DNA from: Thermodesulfobacteriota bacterium | Lineage (GTDB): Bacteria > Desulfobacterota > Desulfobulbia > Desulfobulbales > SURF-16 | Assembly (NCBI GenBank): GCA_040755455.1 | Contig: JBFMAY010000017.1 | Location: forward strand, 1-64,000 | DNA: 64,000 nucleotides | Direction of reading: 5' to 3' | In this document: positions 41,900 to 52,293 of the stretch, piece after piece | How positions within the stretch are numbered: position 1 is the first letter of the stretch | Layout of the letters: every line of letters begins with the position of its first letter | The notes under the pieces: generated by a model | Seen by the model: the letters and a program-made list of their open reading frames with translations, nothing else | Database searches by the model: none | Told to the model about the DNA's origin: nothing | Made by a program: the position numbers and the translations under genes

Positions 41900-42214
41900 G
41901 TGATGATGATTGAGGATTTCGCATTTGTCGGGGTAGATGAGCAGGTCATCAAAAAAGAAAAGGCCAAGGCCAGGGACCTGCGCAAGACATCCTGGTGGAA
42001 CAATAAAATCGCTGCGGGCATCTGCCATTATTGCGGCAAGAAATTCCCGGCAAAAGAACTGACCATGGATCATCTGATTCCCCTGGCCCGTGGGGGAACC
42101 AGCAGCAAAGGCAACATCGTTGCCGCCTGCAAGGAGTGCAATACCAGGAAAAAGACCCTGCTGCCGCTGGAGTGGGAGGAGTATATGGCCACTCTTGACC
42201 GGCATGAGCGGTGA
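41900..42214 (+). CDS. Small HNH endonuclease-family protein
   Basis: CHYC...MDHLIPLARGG....N...C..CN..K. Confidence 0.88.
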   Translation: MMMIEDFAFVGVDEQVIKKEKAKARDLRKTSWWNNKIAAGICHYCGKKFPAKELTMDHLIPLARGGTSSKGNIVAACKECNTRKKTLLPLEWEEYMATLDRHER

Positions 42215-42302
42215 AGGCGCAGGCAGCAGGTAGCCGCGGCAGAAAAAAATCAGCCGGCCTTTGGCGGTATTCCGGCCGCGGCCGGCCTTAACTCAGCCTG
42301 GC

Positions 42303-43391
42303 TTATCCGCCGAAACAGATGCCGATTTCCCGGGCGGTCAGCACCTTATCGCTGTCCAACGGGACTTTTTTGCGGCTTTTTATCGCATCGGCAAGAGGAA
42401 CGGAACACATCTGGTCTCCTCCCAGGGCAACCATCTGGTCAAAATTCTCGCTTTCCGCCAGGCGGACCGCCGTCGCGCCGAAACGCAGGGCCAGCAGCCG
42501 GTCAAAGGTGGTCGGCGAGCCACCGCGCTGCAGATGGCCTAGCACTAGGGATCTGGTGTCTTTTCCCGTCCGTTTGTTGATTTCCTTGGCCACCCACTCG
42601 CCGATCCCACCCAGCACCTTCTCGGCCCGGCCGACCTCGCCATCACCCTTGTAAATGGTTTGCTGATCAATGGCCCTCGCCCCTTCCGCCACGACGACGA
42701 TGTCATAATGCTTGTCCAGCAGTTCATTGTCGTTTATTTTTTCACAGACCGCATCGAGGTCGAAGGGTATTTCCGGAATGAGGATAACATCGGCTCCGCC
42801 TGAGATGCCGGAATTCAAGGCGATCCAGCCGGAATCCCGGCCCATGACCTCGACCACCATTACCCGGTCATGGGATTTGGCTGTTGAGTGGAGTTTGTCC
42901 AGTGCCTCTGTCGCCGTGGAAACAGCCGTGTCAAAACCAAAAGTCAACTGGGTTGCCAGCAGGTCGTTGTCAATGGTTTTCGGCACGCCGATAACCGGCA
43001 TGCCTTTTTCCGTGGCAAACCGGTGGGCGATTTCCAGACTGCCGTCTCCGCCTATCGCAATGTGGCATGAAAAGTTCATGCGGAGAAAATTTCTCATGAT
43101 CCGATCGGAAACATCGCGGATCTGAATCTCGCCGGCCAGGTTTTCAACAGGCATGGCAAAGGGGTTCCCTTTGTTGGTTGATCCCAGTATCGTTCCTCCA
43201 GTAGGGGTGATGTCCGCCACATCCTCAGGCCGCAATCTGACAAGCTGGTCCTTATCCAGCAGGCCGAGATACCCCTGGCGGCTGCCGTAAACCTCCCAGC
43301 CCCTGGAATTGGAGGCCATTACTACTGCATAGATGACGGCATTCAAGCCAGGAGCATCACCACCGCCGGTTGAAATAACAATTTTTTTCAT
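42303..43391 (-). CDS. pfkA: 6-phosphofructokinase (mixed-substrate / group III type)
   Basis: TGGGDAPGLN, GGTILG, GGDGS, PKTIDND, EVMGR, LGHLQRGG. Confidence 0.93.
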   Translation of the reverse strand: MKKIVISTGGGDAPGLNAVIYAVVMASNSRGWEVYGSRQGYLGLLDKDQLVRLRPEDVADITPTGGTILGSTNKGNPFAMPVENLAGEIQIRDVSDRIMRNFLRMNFSCHIAIGGDGSLEIAHRFATEKGMPVIGVPKTIDNDLLATQLTFGFDTAVSTATEALDKLHSTAKSHDRVMVVEVMGRDSGWIALNSGISGGADVILIPEIPFDLDAVCEKINDNELLDKHYDIVVVAEGARAIDQQTIYKGDGEVGRAEKVLGGIGEWVAKEINKRTGKDTRSLVLGHLQRGGSPTTFDRLLALRFGATAVRLAESENFDQMVALGGDQMCSVPLADAIKSRKKVPLDSDKVLTAREIGICFGG

Positions 43392-43717
43392 TGCATATCC
43401 CTGATTGATTGTTGAGAAAAAAATTTCTATTCAATTTATTTCTGATTATAGAGGGTTAGCTTCCCCCATGCAAATAATTGTCGCGGTTTTTTCATTTTTA
43501 GCCAGTGACCATTATATTGACTTATGATGGTTTATTACTTATTATTTGAGTAAATATTATCATCTTGTACAGTTTTTAGTTTGGGTGGGCGCGGGCTCAA
43601 GGCGCTCCAGCAAAGACAGTGTAACACGTTGTTTTGAATAATTTAACTTTAAATTCACAATTTGTTATTTTTGCATATTTCTACTTATTTTCAATTTTAT
43701 CGAGGAGGTTTTCCACC

Positions 43718-44047
43718 ATGTTGAATGTTACAGCGCTGGCTATTAAGAATCTGAAAGCGTATCTGGAGCAGAATAATATTGATTCTGCCATCCGGGTTGC
43801 CTTGATGCAGGGCGGCTGAGCCGGGCCATCTCTTGGCTTGGCTCTGGATGAGCCGAAAAATTCCGACAAGGTTTTTGATCATGAAAATTTGAAATTTCTG
43901 GTTGAAGCAAGTTTACTGAACACATGCGGCAGCATTAAGGTTGATTTCATTGATGCCGGTCCACGATCAGGATTTGCCATCTCTTCCAGTATGCCCTTGG
44001 GTGGTAAATCCGCCTGTGGTGGTTCATGCGGCAGCACCTGCGGATGA
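43718..44047 (+). CDS. HesB/IscA-like selenoprotein, Sec at TGA 43817-43819
   Basis: GAGGAGG RBS, then MLNVT..A...IRVALMQGG-TGA-AGPSLGLALDEPK..., in frame with the ORF ending ACGGSCGSTCG. Confidence 0.88.
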
Positions 44048-44071
44048 TGCAGGCTGAAAAATAATAAAAAG

Positions 44072-44101
44072 AAAGCCTCGCCTTCTGGCGGGGCTTTTTT
44101 G
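44072..44101 (+). terminator. Intrinsic terminator
   Basis: AAAGCCTCGCC-TTCT-GGCGGGGCTTT followed by a T run. Confidence 0.8.
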
Positions 44102-44162
44102 TTTCCGTCCCCCATCTTTTTCCGGATTCGTCTGTGGCACATTGCAGTTTATCTCTGTCATT

Positions 44163-45323
44163 ATGAAAATTCACGAATATCAGGCCAAGGAACTCTTCCG
44201 CAGATACGCCGTGCCGGTACCCCAAGGTGGAACGGCCGCCACGGTGGATGAGGCGCTGGTTGTTGCCGAGGCAATCCACGCTTATCCGCTGGTTGTCAAA
44301 GCACAGATCCATGCCGGCGGCAGGGGCAGGGGCGGGGGGGTGAAGTTTGCCGCCAACCGTGACGAGTTGCAGCAGGCGGCGGGTGAAATCCTCGGCATGA
44401 CGCTGGTCACACCCCAGACCGGCCCGGAAGGCCGGCTTGTGCGAAGGGTTTTGATTGAGCAGGCGGCGGAAATCCGGCAGGAGCTTTATCTCTCTCTGCT
44501 GCCGGACCGCGCCACGGCGACAATTGTCATCATGGCAAGTTCCGCAGGCGGCATGGCTATCGAGGAAACAGCCGCCACGCTGCCTGCCAGCATCATCAAG
44601 GTGAGCGTGAACCCCCTGCAGGGTCTGCAGCCCCATCATATCCGTCAGCTGTTGTTCGGCCTCGATATCGCGCCGGACAGGATGAAGGAGTGGTCGGCCC
44701 TTTTCTCCTCGCTGTATCGTCTTTTTGTTGAAAACGACTGTTTGCTGCTCGAGATTAATCCGCTGGTCATCACCGGCAGCGGTTCACCCCTGGCGGTGGA
44801 CGCCAAGATTGATCTGGACGGCAATGCCCTTTTCCGCCATCCGGACTTGCGGAAATATCTCGATAGCAATGAAGAGGACGCCATTGAGGCAAGGGCCCGG
44901 GAGTATAATCTCAACTATATCAAATTGTCCGGCAATGTCGGCAATATGGTGAATGGGGCGGGGCTTGCCATGGCAACCATGGACATCATAAAAAAAACCG
45001 GGGCCGAGCCTGCCAATTTTCTTGACGTGGGCGGCGGCGCAACCGCGGAAATGGTGGAAAAGGGATTTGAGATCATTGCAAGCGATCAAAACGTCACAGG
45101 GATCTTCATCAATATCTTCGGCGGTATCCTCCGCTGTGATGTATTGGCCAGCGGTATCGTCGAAGCGGTGAAAAAGACCGGCGTTGCCGTCCCGCTGGTG
45201 ATCCGCATGGAAGGGACCAATGTCGAACAGGGCAGGAAGATACTGGCCGAGTCCGGACTGCGGCTGACAATCGCGGTGGATCTGGCCGATGCGGCAGCCA
45301 AAGTTGCGGAGATGGTTGCATGA
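44163..45323 (+). CDS. sucC: Succinyl-CoA synthetase beta subunit
   Basis: [39 protein letters not shown]. Confidence 0.96.
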   Translation: MKIHEYQAKELFRRYAVPVPQGGTAATVDEALVVAEAIHAYPLVVKAQIHAGGRGRGGGVKFAANRDELQQAAGEILGMTLVTPQTGPEGRLVRRVLIEQAAEIRQELYLSLLPDRATATIVIMASSAGGMAIEETAATLPASIIKVSVNPLQGLQPHHIRQLLFGLDIAPDRMKEWSALFSSLYRLFVENDCLLLEINPLVITGSGSPLAVDAKIDLDGNALFRHPDLRKYLDSNEEDAIEARAREYNLNYIKLSGNVGNMVNGAGLAMATMDIIKKTGAEPANFLDVGGGATAEMVEKGFEIIASDQNVTGIFINIFGGILRCDVLASGIVEAVKKTGVAVPLVIRMEGTNVEQGRKILAESGLRLTIAVDLADAAAKVAEMVA

Positions 45324-46198
45324 GCATATTTGTCGACCAGTCCACCCGTCTTCTCGTGCAGGGTATCACCGGCCGGGAAGGCCAGTTCCATACCAGACAG
45401 TGCCTGGACTATGGCAGCCGGATCGTGGCAGGGGTTACCCCGGGCAAGGGCGGGACCGCGGTCAGCGGCATTCCTGTCTTTAACACGGTGCGGGCCGCAG
45501 TGGCCGCAACCGCCGCCAATGCCAGTATGATTTTCGTTCCCCCAACCTTTGCCGCCGACGCCATCTGCGAGGCGGCTGATGGCGGGGTGCAACTCATCAT
45601 CTGCATCACCGAGGGTATCCCGGTGCTTGACATGCTCATGGTGAAAAATTACCTGACGCTGACCAAGGCACGGCTCATCGGCCCCAATTGCCCGGGCATC
45701 ATCAGCCCGGGCCTCTGCAAGGCAGGCATCATGCCCGGAGCAATCCACCGGCCGGGTGGCCCCATCGGTGTCGTTTCCCGGTCCGGCACCCTGACCTATG
45801 AAGTGGTGCACCAGTTGACCAGGCAGGGTATCGGTCAGACCACCTGCCTCGGCATCGGCGGTGATCCGGTGATCGGCACATCCTTTATTGACTGTCTGGA
45901 GGCATTTGAACAGGATTCCTCAACCAGCGGTGTTGTCATGGTAGGGGAAATCGGCGGTCATGCCGAAGAGGATGCCGCCGTATATGTGAAGGGAAACATG
46001 GCGAAGCCCGTGGTGGGATTTGTCGCCGGCCTTACTGCCCCTCCGGGCCGCAGGATGGGCCATGCCGGCGCCATCGTCAGCGGCGGCAGGGGAACGGCCC
46101 AGGGGAAAATTGCCGCCATGCGTTCAGGCGGCATCCATGTCTGTGAGGATCTGGGCAGCCTGGGTGAGTTCTGCAAGGAAATATTCAGCCGCGCTTAA
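45320..46198 (+). CDS. sucD: Succinyl-CoA synthetase alpha subunit
   Basis: [26 protein letters not shown]. Confidence 0.96.
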   Translation: MSIFVDQSTRLLVQGITGREGQFHTRQCLDYGSRIVAGVTPGKGGTAVSGIPVFNTVRAAVAATAANASMIFVPPTFAADAICEAADGGVQLIICITEGIPVLDMLMVKNYLTLTKARLIGPNCPGIISPGLCKAGIMPGAIHRPGGPIGVVSRSGTLTYEVVHQLTRQGIGQTTCLGIGGDPVIGTSFIDCLEAFEQDSSTSGVVMVGEIGGHAEEDAAVYVKGNMAKPVVGFVAGLTAPPGRRMGHAGAIVSGGRGTAQGKIAAMRSGGIHVCEDLGSLGEFCKEIFSRA

Positions 46199-46302
46199 AA
46201 ACCACCTATCTTATCGAGCTATAGGCGAAGCAGCATTTCTGCCTCGTCATTTGCAGCTTGCCAACATGTCGGCAATATGCTAAAAAAGGCATTCAATTTC
46301 AT

Positions 46303-46390
46303 GCCCGGATGGCGGAATAGGTAGACGCAAGGGACTTAAAATCCCTCGACCTTTATGGTTGTACGGGTTCGACTCCCGTCCCGGGCACCA
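46303..46390 (+). tRNA. tRNA-Leu (anticodon UAA)
   Basis: Cloverleaf with anticodon arm AGGGA-CTTAAAA-TCCCT, long variable arm, T arm ACGGG-TTCGACT-CCCGT and encoded CCA. Confidence 0.96.
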
Positions 46391-46398
46391 GTAAAAAG

Positions 46399-46444
46399 AA
46401 GGGTTTAAGCCGATATTTCAAAGGCTTAATCCCTTTTCCTTTTT
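46399..46444 (+). terminator. Hairpin after tRNA-Leu
   Basis: AAGGGTTTAAGCC / GGCTTAATCCCTT arms followed by a T-rich tract. Confidence 0.55.
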
Positions 46445-46461
46445 CATCACCTCGATTAATC

Positions 46462-46528
46462 TTTTGACTTATTCTGACTTTTAATGCTATTATTTGCTCC
46501 GTCAAGTGGAACAAAAATGGAACAAAAA
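46462..46528 (+). repeat. Tandem direct repeats upstream of the integrase (candidate arm-type sites)
   Basis: TT(T/C)TGACTT x2 (46462-46480) and TGGAACAAAAA x2 (46507-46528). Confidence 0.5.
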
Positions 46529-46543
46529 AGCATAGCGGAGACC

Positions 46544-47596
46544 ATGGCACGGATTATCGCACGCAAAGGAAAGAAGAAAACAACGTTCACGGCCACTGTT
46601 CGGATGAAAGGTTATGAATCTGTAAGCCGCACTTTCGACACCAAGGGCGAAGCGAAAGCATGGGCTTCCGGAATTGAATCGGATATGAAGGGGCGCAGAT
46701 TCAAGGATCCGCGTCGTGCCAACCAGACACTAGACGACGCGCTGACCCGTTACCTGGAGACAGTGACAACTAAAAAGGCCAGCACCACTCAGGAGCGCGA
46801 ACGAAGACTTGCCAAGGTTCTTAAAATTCATTTAGGGGAGAACACGCTTCTTCCCGACATAACCCCTTCGGTTGTCGCGGGTTTTCGAGACCAGCGGCTT
46901 TCCGAGGTCTCGTCTTACGCTGTGCGCCTGGAACTCGCTCTTCTTTCCCACCTTTTCAAAAAGGCGATTAAAGAGTGGGAACTTCCCATCGAAAATCCGG
47001 TTGACGCCATTGAGCGCCCGAAGGTCCCCAAGGGTAGAATTATTTTTCTCAAAGAGGACGAAGCAAAAAAATTACTGGATTCATGTCGGGCCAGCAGAAA
47101 TAAGATGCTCTACCCTTATGTCCTGGTTTTGCTTCACAGTGCTATGCGCCCAAGCGAGGCGGCAGGCCTGCGCTGGAGTCAGATCGATCTGCAAAGTCGA
47201 TCATTGACCCTTTATGTAACTAAAACAGAGCCGCGCACCGTTCCCCTGACCATGGCCGTCATAGCAGCTCTGCAGGAGATAAAGGAAAAAAGCGATGACA
47301 ACGGCTTTGTATTTTTTAAAGAAGAGGGGAGAAGTCAACAGGCCCGCAACATACCTTCTTCCAGGTTCAGACCGGCTTTTGACAAGGCTCGTGAAAGGGC
47401 GGGGTTGCCGAAATTGCATATGCATGACTTACGTCACACCGCCGCAAGTCACCTGCTGATGGCCGGCACAGACCTTCGCACCTTAGCAGCCATTCTTGGA
47501 CACAGCACCCTGCAGATGGTACTGCGTTACACCCACCTGCTCGATGAACATAAACTGAACGCTGTAGATCGCATAAACTCATTCGGTATTGAATGA
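46544..47596 (+). CDS. Tyrosine recombinase / integrase
   Basis: R (AMRPSE), K (VTKT), HDLRH, LGH and Y (LRYTH) catalytic residues; N-terminal arm-binding-like domain; GGAG RBS. Confidence 0.95.
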   Translation: MARIIARKGKKKTTFTATVRMKGYESVSRTFDTKGEAKAWASGIESDMKGRRFKDPRRANQTLDDALTRYLETVTTKKASTTQERERRLAKVLKIHLGENTLLPDITPSVVAGFRDQRLSEVSSYAVRLELALLSHLFKKAIKEWELPIENPVDAIERPKVPKGRIIFLKEDEAKKLLDSCRASRNKMLYPYVLVLLHSAMRPSEAAGLRWSQIDLQSRSLTLYVTKTEPRTVPLTMAVIAALQEIKEKSDDNGFVFFKEEGRSQQARNIPSSRFRPAFDKARERAGLPKLHMHDLRHTAASHLLMAGTDLRTLAAILGHSTLQMVLRYTHLLDEHKLNAVDRINSFGIE

Positions 47597-47612
47597 GTCT
47601 TTCCGGGACTGG

Positions 47613-47891
47613 TTATTTCGCGGCCTCAGCCAGTTTGCTACCGGCCTTGAACTTGACTACCTTCCGGGCCGGAATATTGATGGTCTTGCCGGTCTGAGGA
47701 TTACGGCCTTCACGGGCGGCACGTTCGGACACGGAAAATGTCCCAAAACCAACCAAAGTTACCTTATCTCCCGCTGACACAGCATCCGAGATCGAACCGA
47801 GAACACTGTTCAAGGCCTGTTCGGCCGCCGCTTTACTCAAACCACAATCCTGCGCTACTTTTTCTACCAAATCACCTTTATTCATGGCCAT
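47613..47891 (-). CDS. HU-family DNA-binding protein
   Basis: MNKGDLV, LVGFGTF, GRNPQTG, FKAG. Confidence 0.95.
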   Translation of the reverse strand: MAMNKGDLVEKVAQDCGLSKAAAEQALNSVLGSISDAVSAGDKVTLVGFGTFSVSERAAREGRNPQTGKTINIPARKVVKFKAGSKLAEAAK

Positions 47892-47989
47892 CTCCTATAT
47901 GCCCTTGCGGGTATTTTTTGAATTTCTGAAATATTTACATCGGGATAGTTTTCCTGCTCAGATAGCAGAATCACCTGCTCATGGCAAGT

Positions 47990-48352
47990 TTATGCGCTAT
48001 CGACCGCATCTTCGGTTTTCATGAATTCTTTGATCTCCCGTGGCGTGTAATAGCGGAATTGGATCCGTTTGCTCAGTTTGGCGGTATAATCCGAAAAGGC
48101 CATGACAATATCCCTGCCCTCGGCCATCAGCTTTTCACCTTCCTCGTGAGAGATCCCGTTCATCTCGCCCAATCGGGCCTTGAAATGGGTATAGGCCATA
48201 TCGAATTGGCGCAGGATGTTGAAAAGCGTCGAGCCCAGCGGTGAATTGATCTTCAAGACCCGCGAGCCCCGCTCCTTGACCATGTTGATCTTTCTTTCCT
48301 GGATCTCCTGCCAGGTTGGTTTTTCCTGTTTGCTGTCGCTTTCGTCGGTCAT
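47990..48352 (-). CDS. Hypothetical element backbone protein
   Basis: 120 aa helical ORF with GGGGG RBS, co-oriented with its neighbours. Confidence 0.7.
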   Translation of the reverse strand: MTDESDSKQEKPTWQEIQERKINMVKERGSRVLKINSPLGSTLFNILRQFDMAYTHFKARLGEMNGISHEEGEKLMAEGRDIVMAFSDYTAKLSKRIQFRYYTPREIKEFMKTEDAVDSA

Positions 48353-48368
48353 TTTTTAATCCCCCTTT

Positions 48369-49091
48369 TTATCGTGCTGAAATAATTTTCGCGTTCCTCT
48401 TGATCCTATGTCGATGCCACAGGTCCAGCAGATAAACCGATCCATACGGAAAAATCGCCGCCACCACCATGAGTACGGCGCTTTCGGTGGCCACCGGCAG
48501 CAAATACGGTTTTATCTCGAAGAACCCATAATATATTTTCTCGGCCCTGGACCCGAACCATTGAGACCCCTTCCAGATATTCACCGGCGTACTCACCCTG
48601 AAAATGATCAGATACATGACATAAAGCAGGAAGGCCTTGAGCAGCAGGGACATCACCCTGCCCATGAGCAGCGAATTGATGCTCTTCCTGGTGATGTTGC
48701 CTACGTAATACCGGCTTATGTAGCTGCACATCAGGGTGTTGATGATTAGGACCAGGTATGGGACGCAGCCGAACAGGATGCGGCTGACCAAATCGAGTTT
48801 TTGAAAAACAAAGGGGAAGAGATAAAAATGGAAGACCGGAAAGAGGAAGATTAAGGCCACCCCCTCGTGAAAGCCGCTCTTCACGCCGATTTTGAAAAAA
48901 TCAAGCGTCCGCTCCAGGGTAAGAAATTCAGCCGGAATGTTCTGGCCTTTGCCCTCGATCACGTAAAATTGCTGGATCTCGGAGATAGCGTTCAAGAGAT
49001 TCCTGGGCTTATAAACCCGCCCGGCATCGGTAGTGATAATCTGGGCATTGGTGTCGTTTGCGCCTTTGCCGCTGTCCTTTCCCCGTGTCAT
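48369..49091 (-). CDS. Hypothetical multi-pass membrane protein of the element backbone
   Basis: 240 aa with about 4 hydrophobic segments. Confidence 0.7.
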   Translation of the reverse strand: MTRGKDSGKGANDTNAQIITTDAGRVYKPRNLLNAISEIQQFYVIEGKGQNIPAEFLTLERTLDFFKIGVKSGFHEGVALIFLFPVFHFYLFPFVFQKLDLVSRILFGCVPYLVLIINTLMCSYISRYYVGNITRKSINSLLMGRVMSLLLKAFLLYVMYLIIFRVSTPVNIWKGSQWFGSRAEKIYYGFFEIKPYLLPVATESAVLMVVAAIFPYGSVYLLDLWHRHRIKRNAKIISAR

Positions 49092-49388
49092 TTTGATCCC
49101 TTGCCATACTTTTGGAAAAAAATTATAACAACCTATCTGCTATTTCCCGCAAGGATGACATTTTGTGGAAACAGACTTTATCGTGTGTGAGTGTTTCTAC
49201 ATATCACGAAAATTGCGTTACTAAGATGGTAGTTTAGCTGGAGAACATTGATGAACAATAAAAACTTGAGTCATTTTAATGAATTGTCCGGATAGCCGAT
49301 AGTCAGCCCAATGTTACTCCAAGTAACTCACTTTTTAATCATATACCGATCTACTGAATAACTTGACCCCATTGGCCTTCAATAAAAT

Positions 49389-50663
49389 ATGCCTGAATCA
49401 GCAATTAGAATATTCAGTCCCACCAAAGGAATCCTAAACGAAAGCATTTCTGCTATTGATATTAAGGGCCGTGAAGACGCAAGAAAAATTGGCCCTTTTT
49501 GCAATAGCCAGAGGGAGCTAATGCATTGGGTGCGTTGGTATGAAAAATCCAACGGCAAAAAGGTAAGACCTCATTTTAAAACGTATGGAAACAAGACACG
49601 CTCAATAAGGCACCTGTCGAAGATTATCACCACAGAAGTTGAAGAAATCGAAAATGAAAAAAAATTAGACATTCACAAAAAGACACAAGAAGTTCTTCTC
49701 AAAGTAATTAAAAAATTAATTTCAGAAAACAAACCAATAAATTGGGCATTTAATGACAGCAGGTTGTCAGATTTTCCTTTGACTGGGAATTTATTGAGTG
49801 AGGTGGTAGACGCACAGAAGGAATATAAAATATCACCTCCATTCACGAACTATTACCATTTGGATATCGCATTAATTGGGAAGGTTATACATTCTAAACC
49901 GGCATTACTCGGTGCCATTGAGATTGAAAATACTCATGAGGTCGATCTTCTAAAAACATTACTCGTCAAGTCACTAGGTTTTCCTCTCCTCACAGTCGAT
50001 ATAAAAGATATTCGCTATAAGGAAATTACAGAAGATTGGTGTTTGCAAAGACTTACAGAAACGACATATGACTCAGAGGACAATCGCAGAAGAAATTATG
50101 TATATCTTCATAACATGCTTTATCCTGTTTTCCTCGCAAACCACGAAGGTTGGGAGATTGCCACGAAACACCAATACATTATATTCGTTATTGAAAATGA
50201 ATTTGATCATCTTTGTAATACAATTGATTTGCTAAAAGGATCTTTAGGATTATCCAATGAATCTATTTCTTTGATGCCTGTGAAAATTAATGAATACGAT
50301 AAAGGGTCAATCACTCAGTTCGAAAATGAGGGAGCTCTAGCTGGGCCGAGTTGGAGAAAATATAATGAGAAAAGGTTTATAAGGTTGGTAGTGGAACGCC
50401 CTATTAACAAGCGAGGTAATATTTACCTTTTCCACCTCGTTCTGACCCAACTGTTAACATTACGATACAAATGTTTGGTGGGTTACAAAGTCAATTCAGG
50501 GAAAAGCAATTGGGATCACGAAGAAGCGATATGGCGTATATCACGTAGGCACTTTAATCCAGACGGGAATCCTAAATATACTTTTGAAAAAAAGCGTTTT
50601 TGCCCCAAAAGAGTATCTGAACCCATTAACGAGATTCTTTCAGCGATTCCTAATGCATGTTAA
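49389..50663 (+). CDS. AT-rich accessory protein with a CoiA-like / PD-(D/E)XK nuclease-like core
   Basis: RPHF, H..., LDIALI...AIEIENTHEVD pattern; opposite strand to the backbone and visibly AT-rich. Confidence 0.6.
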   Translation: MPESAIRIFSPTKGILNESISAIDIKGREDARKIGPFCNSQRELMHWVRWYEKSNGKKVRPHFKTYGNKTRSIRHLSKIITTEVEEIENEKKLDIHKKTQEVLLKVIKKLISENKPINWAFNDSRLSDFPLTGNLLSEVVDAQKEYKISPPFTNYYHLDIALIGKVIHSKPALLGAIEIENTHEVDLLKTLLVKSLGFPLLTVDIKDIRYKEITEDWCLQRLTETTYDSEDNRRRNYVYLHNMLYPVFLANHEGWEIATKHQYIIFVIENEFDHLCNTIDLLKGSLGLSNESISLMPVKINEYDKGSITQFENEGALAGPSWRKYNEKRFIRLVVERPINKRGNIYLFHLVLTQLLTLRYKCLVGYKVNSGKSNWDHEEAIWRISRRHFNPDGNPKYTFEKKRFCPKRVSEPINEILSAIPNAC

Positions 50664-50808
50664 AAGCAATAGACTAACAAGAAGTTGGCCTAACTAATGA
50701 GGTCATTACTTGAATATTTCAATACGAAAGAAAATCATGAAAAAATCCAATGAAACTACCAAGAAAGGCGCAAAAGGTCGAACCTCAAGCATTAAATTGA
50801 AATCGCTA

Positions 50809-52293
50809 CTATGCCCCAACCTCATCGTTCAGATATGGTTTGACTGACTGAATATTTCGCAGTGTGTCGGACTTATTCTGTTCCATCTCGGCAATCGAGC
50901 CGAAGGCCTCGGCATGAAACGGCGTGTAATACCCCTTCATGCTTTTGCCGATCTTCTTGGTGACCGTAAAATAGCCGCCAAAAAAATTGTCCTTGATGAG
51001 CCCCCTGGCAATAATGTCGTTTTCACTGCGGAGTTGTTGGACAATGGTCAACAGGACCTGCCGCATTGTGGGGTCCTTCTGGGCCATGGTGGCAATCTCC
51101 ATGCATCCGGCCCTCTCCGACTGTTTTCTGGCCACCTCTTCGAGCACCTTGGTCTGGAAATAGACGTGGCCGTCCGGCATGGAAAAAGCCAGAAACCGCC
51201 TGCCGAACATCTTGTTGATGTACGGTTTCAACTCTCCCAGAAATTGCTCGGCGTCGAACCAGGCTGAAATGTCCATCAACTCCGGAATATCCGAAACATC
51301 GTCTGCCTTGTCTGCTTTCTCACTGTCACCATAAATGTCGATCTGAGCCTGCCAGGCCGCCGCGGCTCTTTGGGGGGTATCTTGCCGGGCTGGTTCGGGC
51401 GCTATTTTCTCCTCGTTCGCCTTTCCATTATGGGGCGTCGACTCCTCGACATTATCCTTGTTCGATTCCGGCGTGGCCACAAGCTCGGCAATCTTCTCCA
51501 GCTCTTTCTGCCGGGCCAGTTGGTCTGCTTTTTTGAGGGTCTTTCCCAGAAGTCCGTCGGGCCTTTTGTGGTGCAGGTTGATGGCCCGCAAGATTTCATC
51601 TTTTCTTGGCAACCCTTGAAAGCCTGCAAGCCGGCTCAGAGGTAGGCCCGCGGCCAGGGGATGTTCACCTGTGGAATACAAATGTCCTCGTAAAGATTGA
51701 AGCTTCCCCAGGTCATGACCAAGGGCGGCAATCATGGTGTCGGGAATGACATGCCAGGATTCGTTTTCGCCAAGCAGTCGCACCACCTGCTCGGCCACGT
51801 TCAGCGAATGATCGAGAAGGGTTGTTCTGGCAAGAAGCTGATAGGTGTTTTCATCCCAACTGCCCTCGACGTCGCCATTCATGCTGACCACCGACGGACA
51901 ATTTCCTTCCTGGTCGAGCATCTGCAAAATCTGACCGCAAACCGCCTTTTGCAGCGCCGCTTTCTGAAACCAGGATTCTTGGCGCACATATCTTTCCATA
52001 AACGATGCGGCCCGTTGGTTCTTCAACTCAGGCAGTCTCAAATCCAGCGCGGCGATCAGTTTTTCATCACGCCACAGAGAAGACAGTTCCGAGATGTGGA
52101 TGGTCTTTGTTCCGGTTTCTTTTTTCGTCCAGATGCCTGACAGCTCGCGCAGGGTCATTTCTCTGACCAGGGGCGGGCTTTTCCTTTTTCCGAAGACCAA
52201 TACAGCGGTTGCCACGGAAAACAAAAAAATCACCAACCACAACAGGCCATTTCCCAGATCCGCCGACTCTATCCAGCGATGCACCAACTCCAC
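50809..52293 (-). CDS. HD-domain relaxase-like protein (MOBH/TraI_2-like) with N-terminal TM helix
   Basis: LLDHSLNVAE, AALGHDLGK, EHP, INLHH and KADQ motifs; directly downstream of the coupling protein. Confidence 0.7.
   Translation of the reverse strand: MELVHRWIESADLGNGLLWLVIFLFSVATAVLVFGKRKSPPLVREMTLRELSGIWTKKETGTKTIHISELSSLWRDEKLIAALDLRLPELKNQRAASFMERYVRQESWFQKAALQKAVCGQILQMLDQEGNCPSVVSMNGDVEGSWDENTYQLLARTTLLDHSLNVAEQVVRLLGENESWHVIPDTMIAALGHDLGKLQSLRGHLYSTGEHPLAAGLPLSRLAGFQGLPRKDEILRAINLHHKRPDGLLGKTLKKADQLARQKELEKIAELVATPESNKDNVEESTPHNGKANEEKIAPEPARQDTPQRAAAAWQAQIDIYGDSEKADKADDVSDIPELMDISAWFDAEQFLGELKPYINKMFGRRFLAFSMPDGHVYFQTKVLEEVARKQSERAGCMEIATMAQKDPTMRQVLLTIVQQLRSENDIIARGLIKDNFFGGYFTVTKKIGKSMKGYYTPFHAEAFGSIAEMEQNKSDTLRNIQSVKPYLNDEVGA

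Noticed and set aside
41900..42214. HNH gene as a mobile or defence element
   Set aside because: Host-like composition, tightly coupled to folC and no flanking repeats; it looks like a resident small HNH protein.
43648..43660. TTTAAATTCACAA matching the right part of the TetR 2 operator upstream of the HesB-like gene
   Set aside because: Only a half site in AT-rich DNA, so plausibly chance.
50664..50700. Possible attC after the AT-rich gene (GACTAAC...CCTAAC)
   Set aside because: No complementary L and R boxes with correct spacing were found, unlike the site at 37106-37177.
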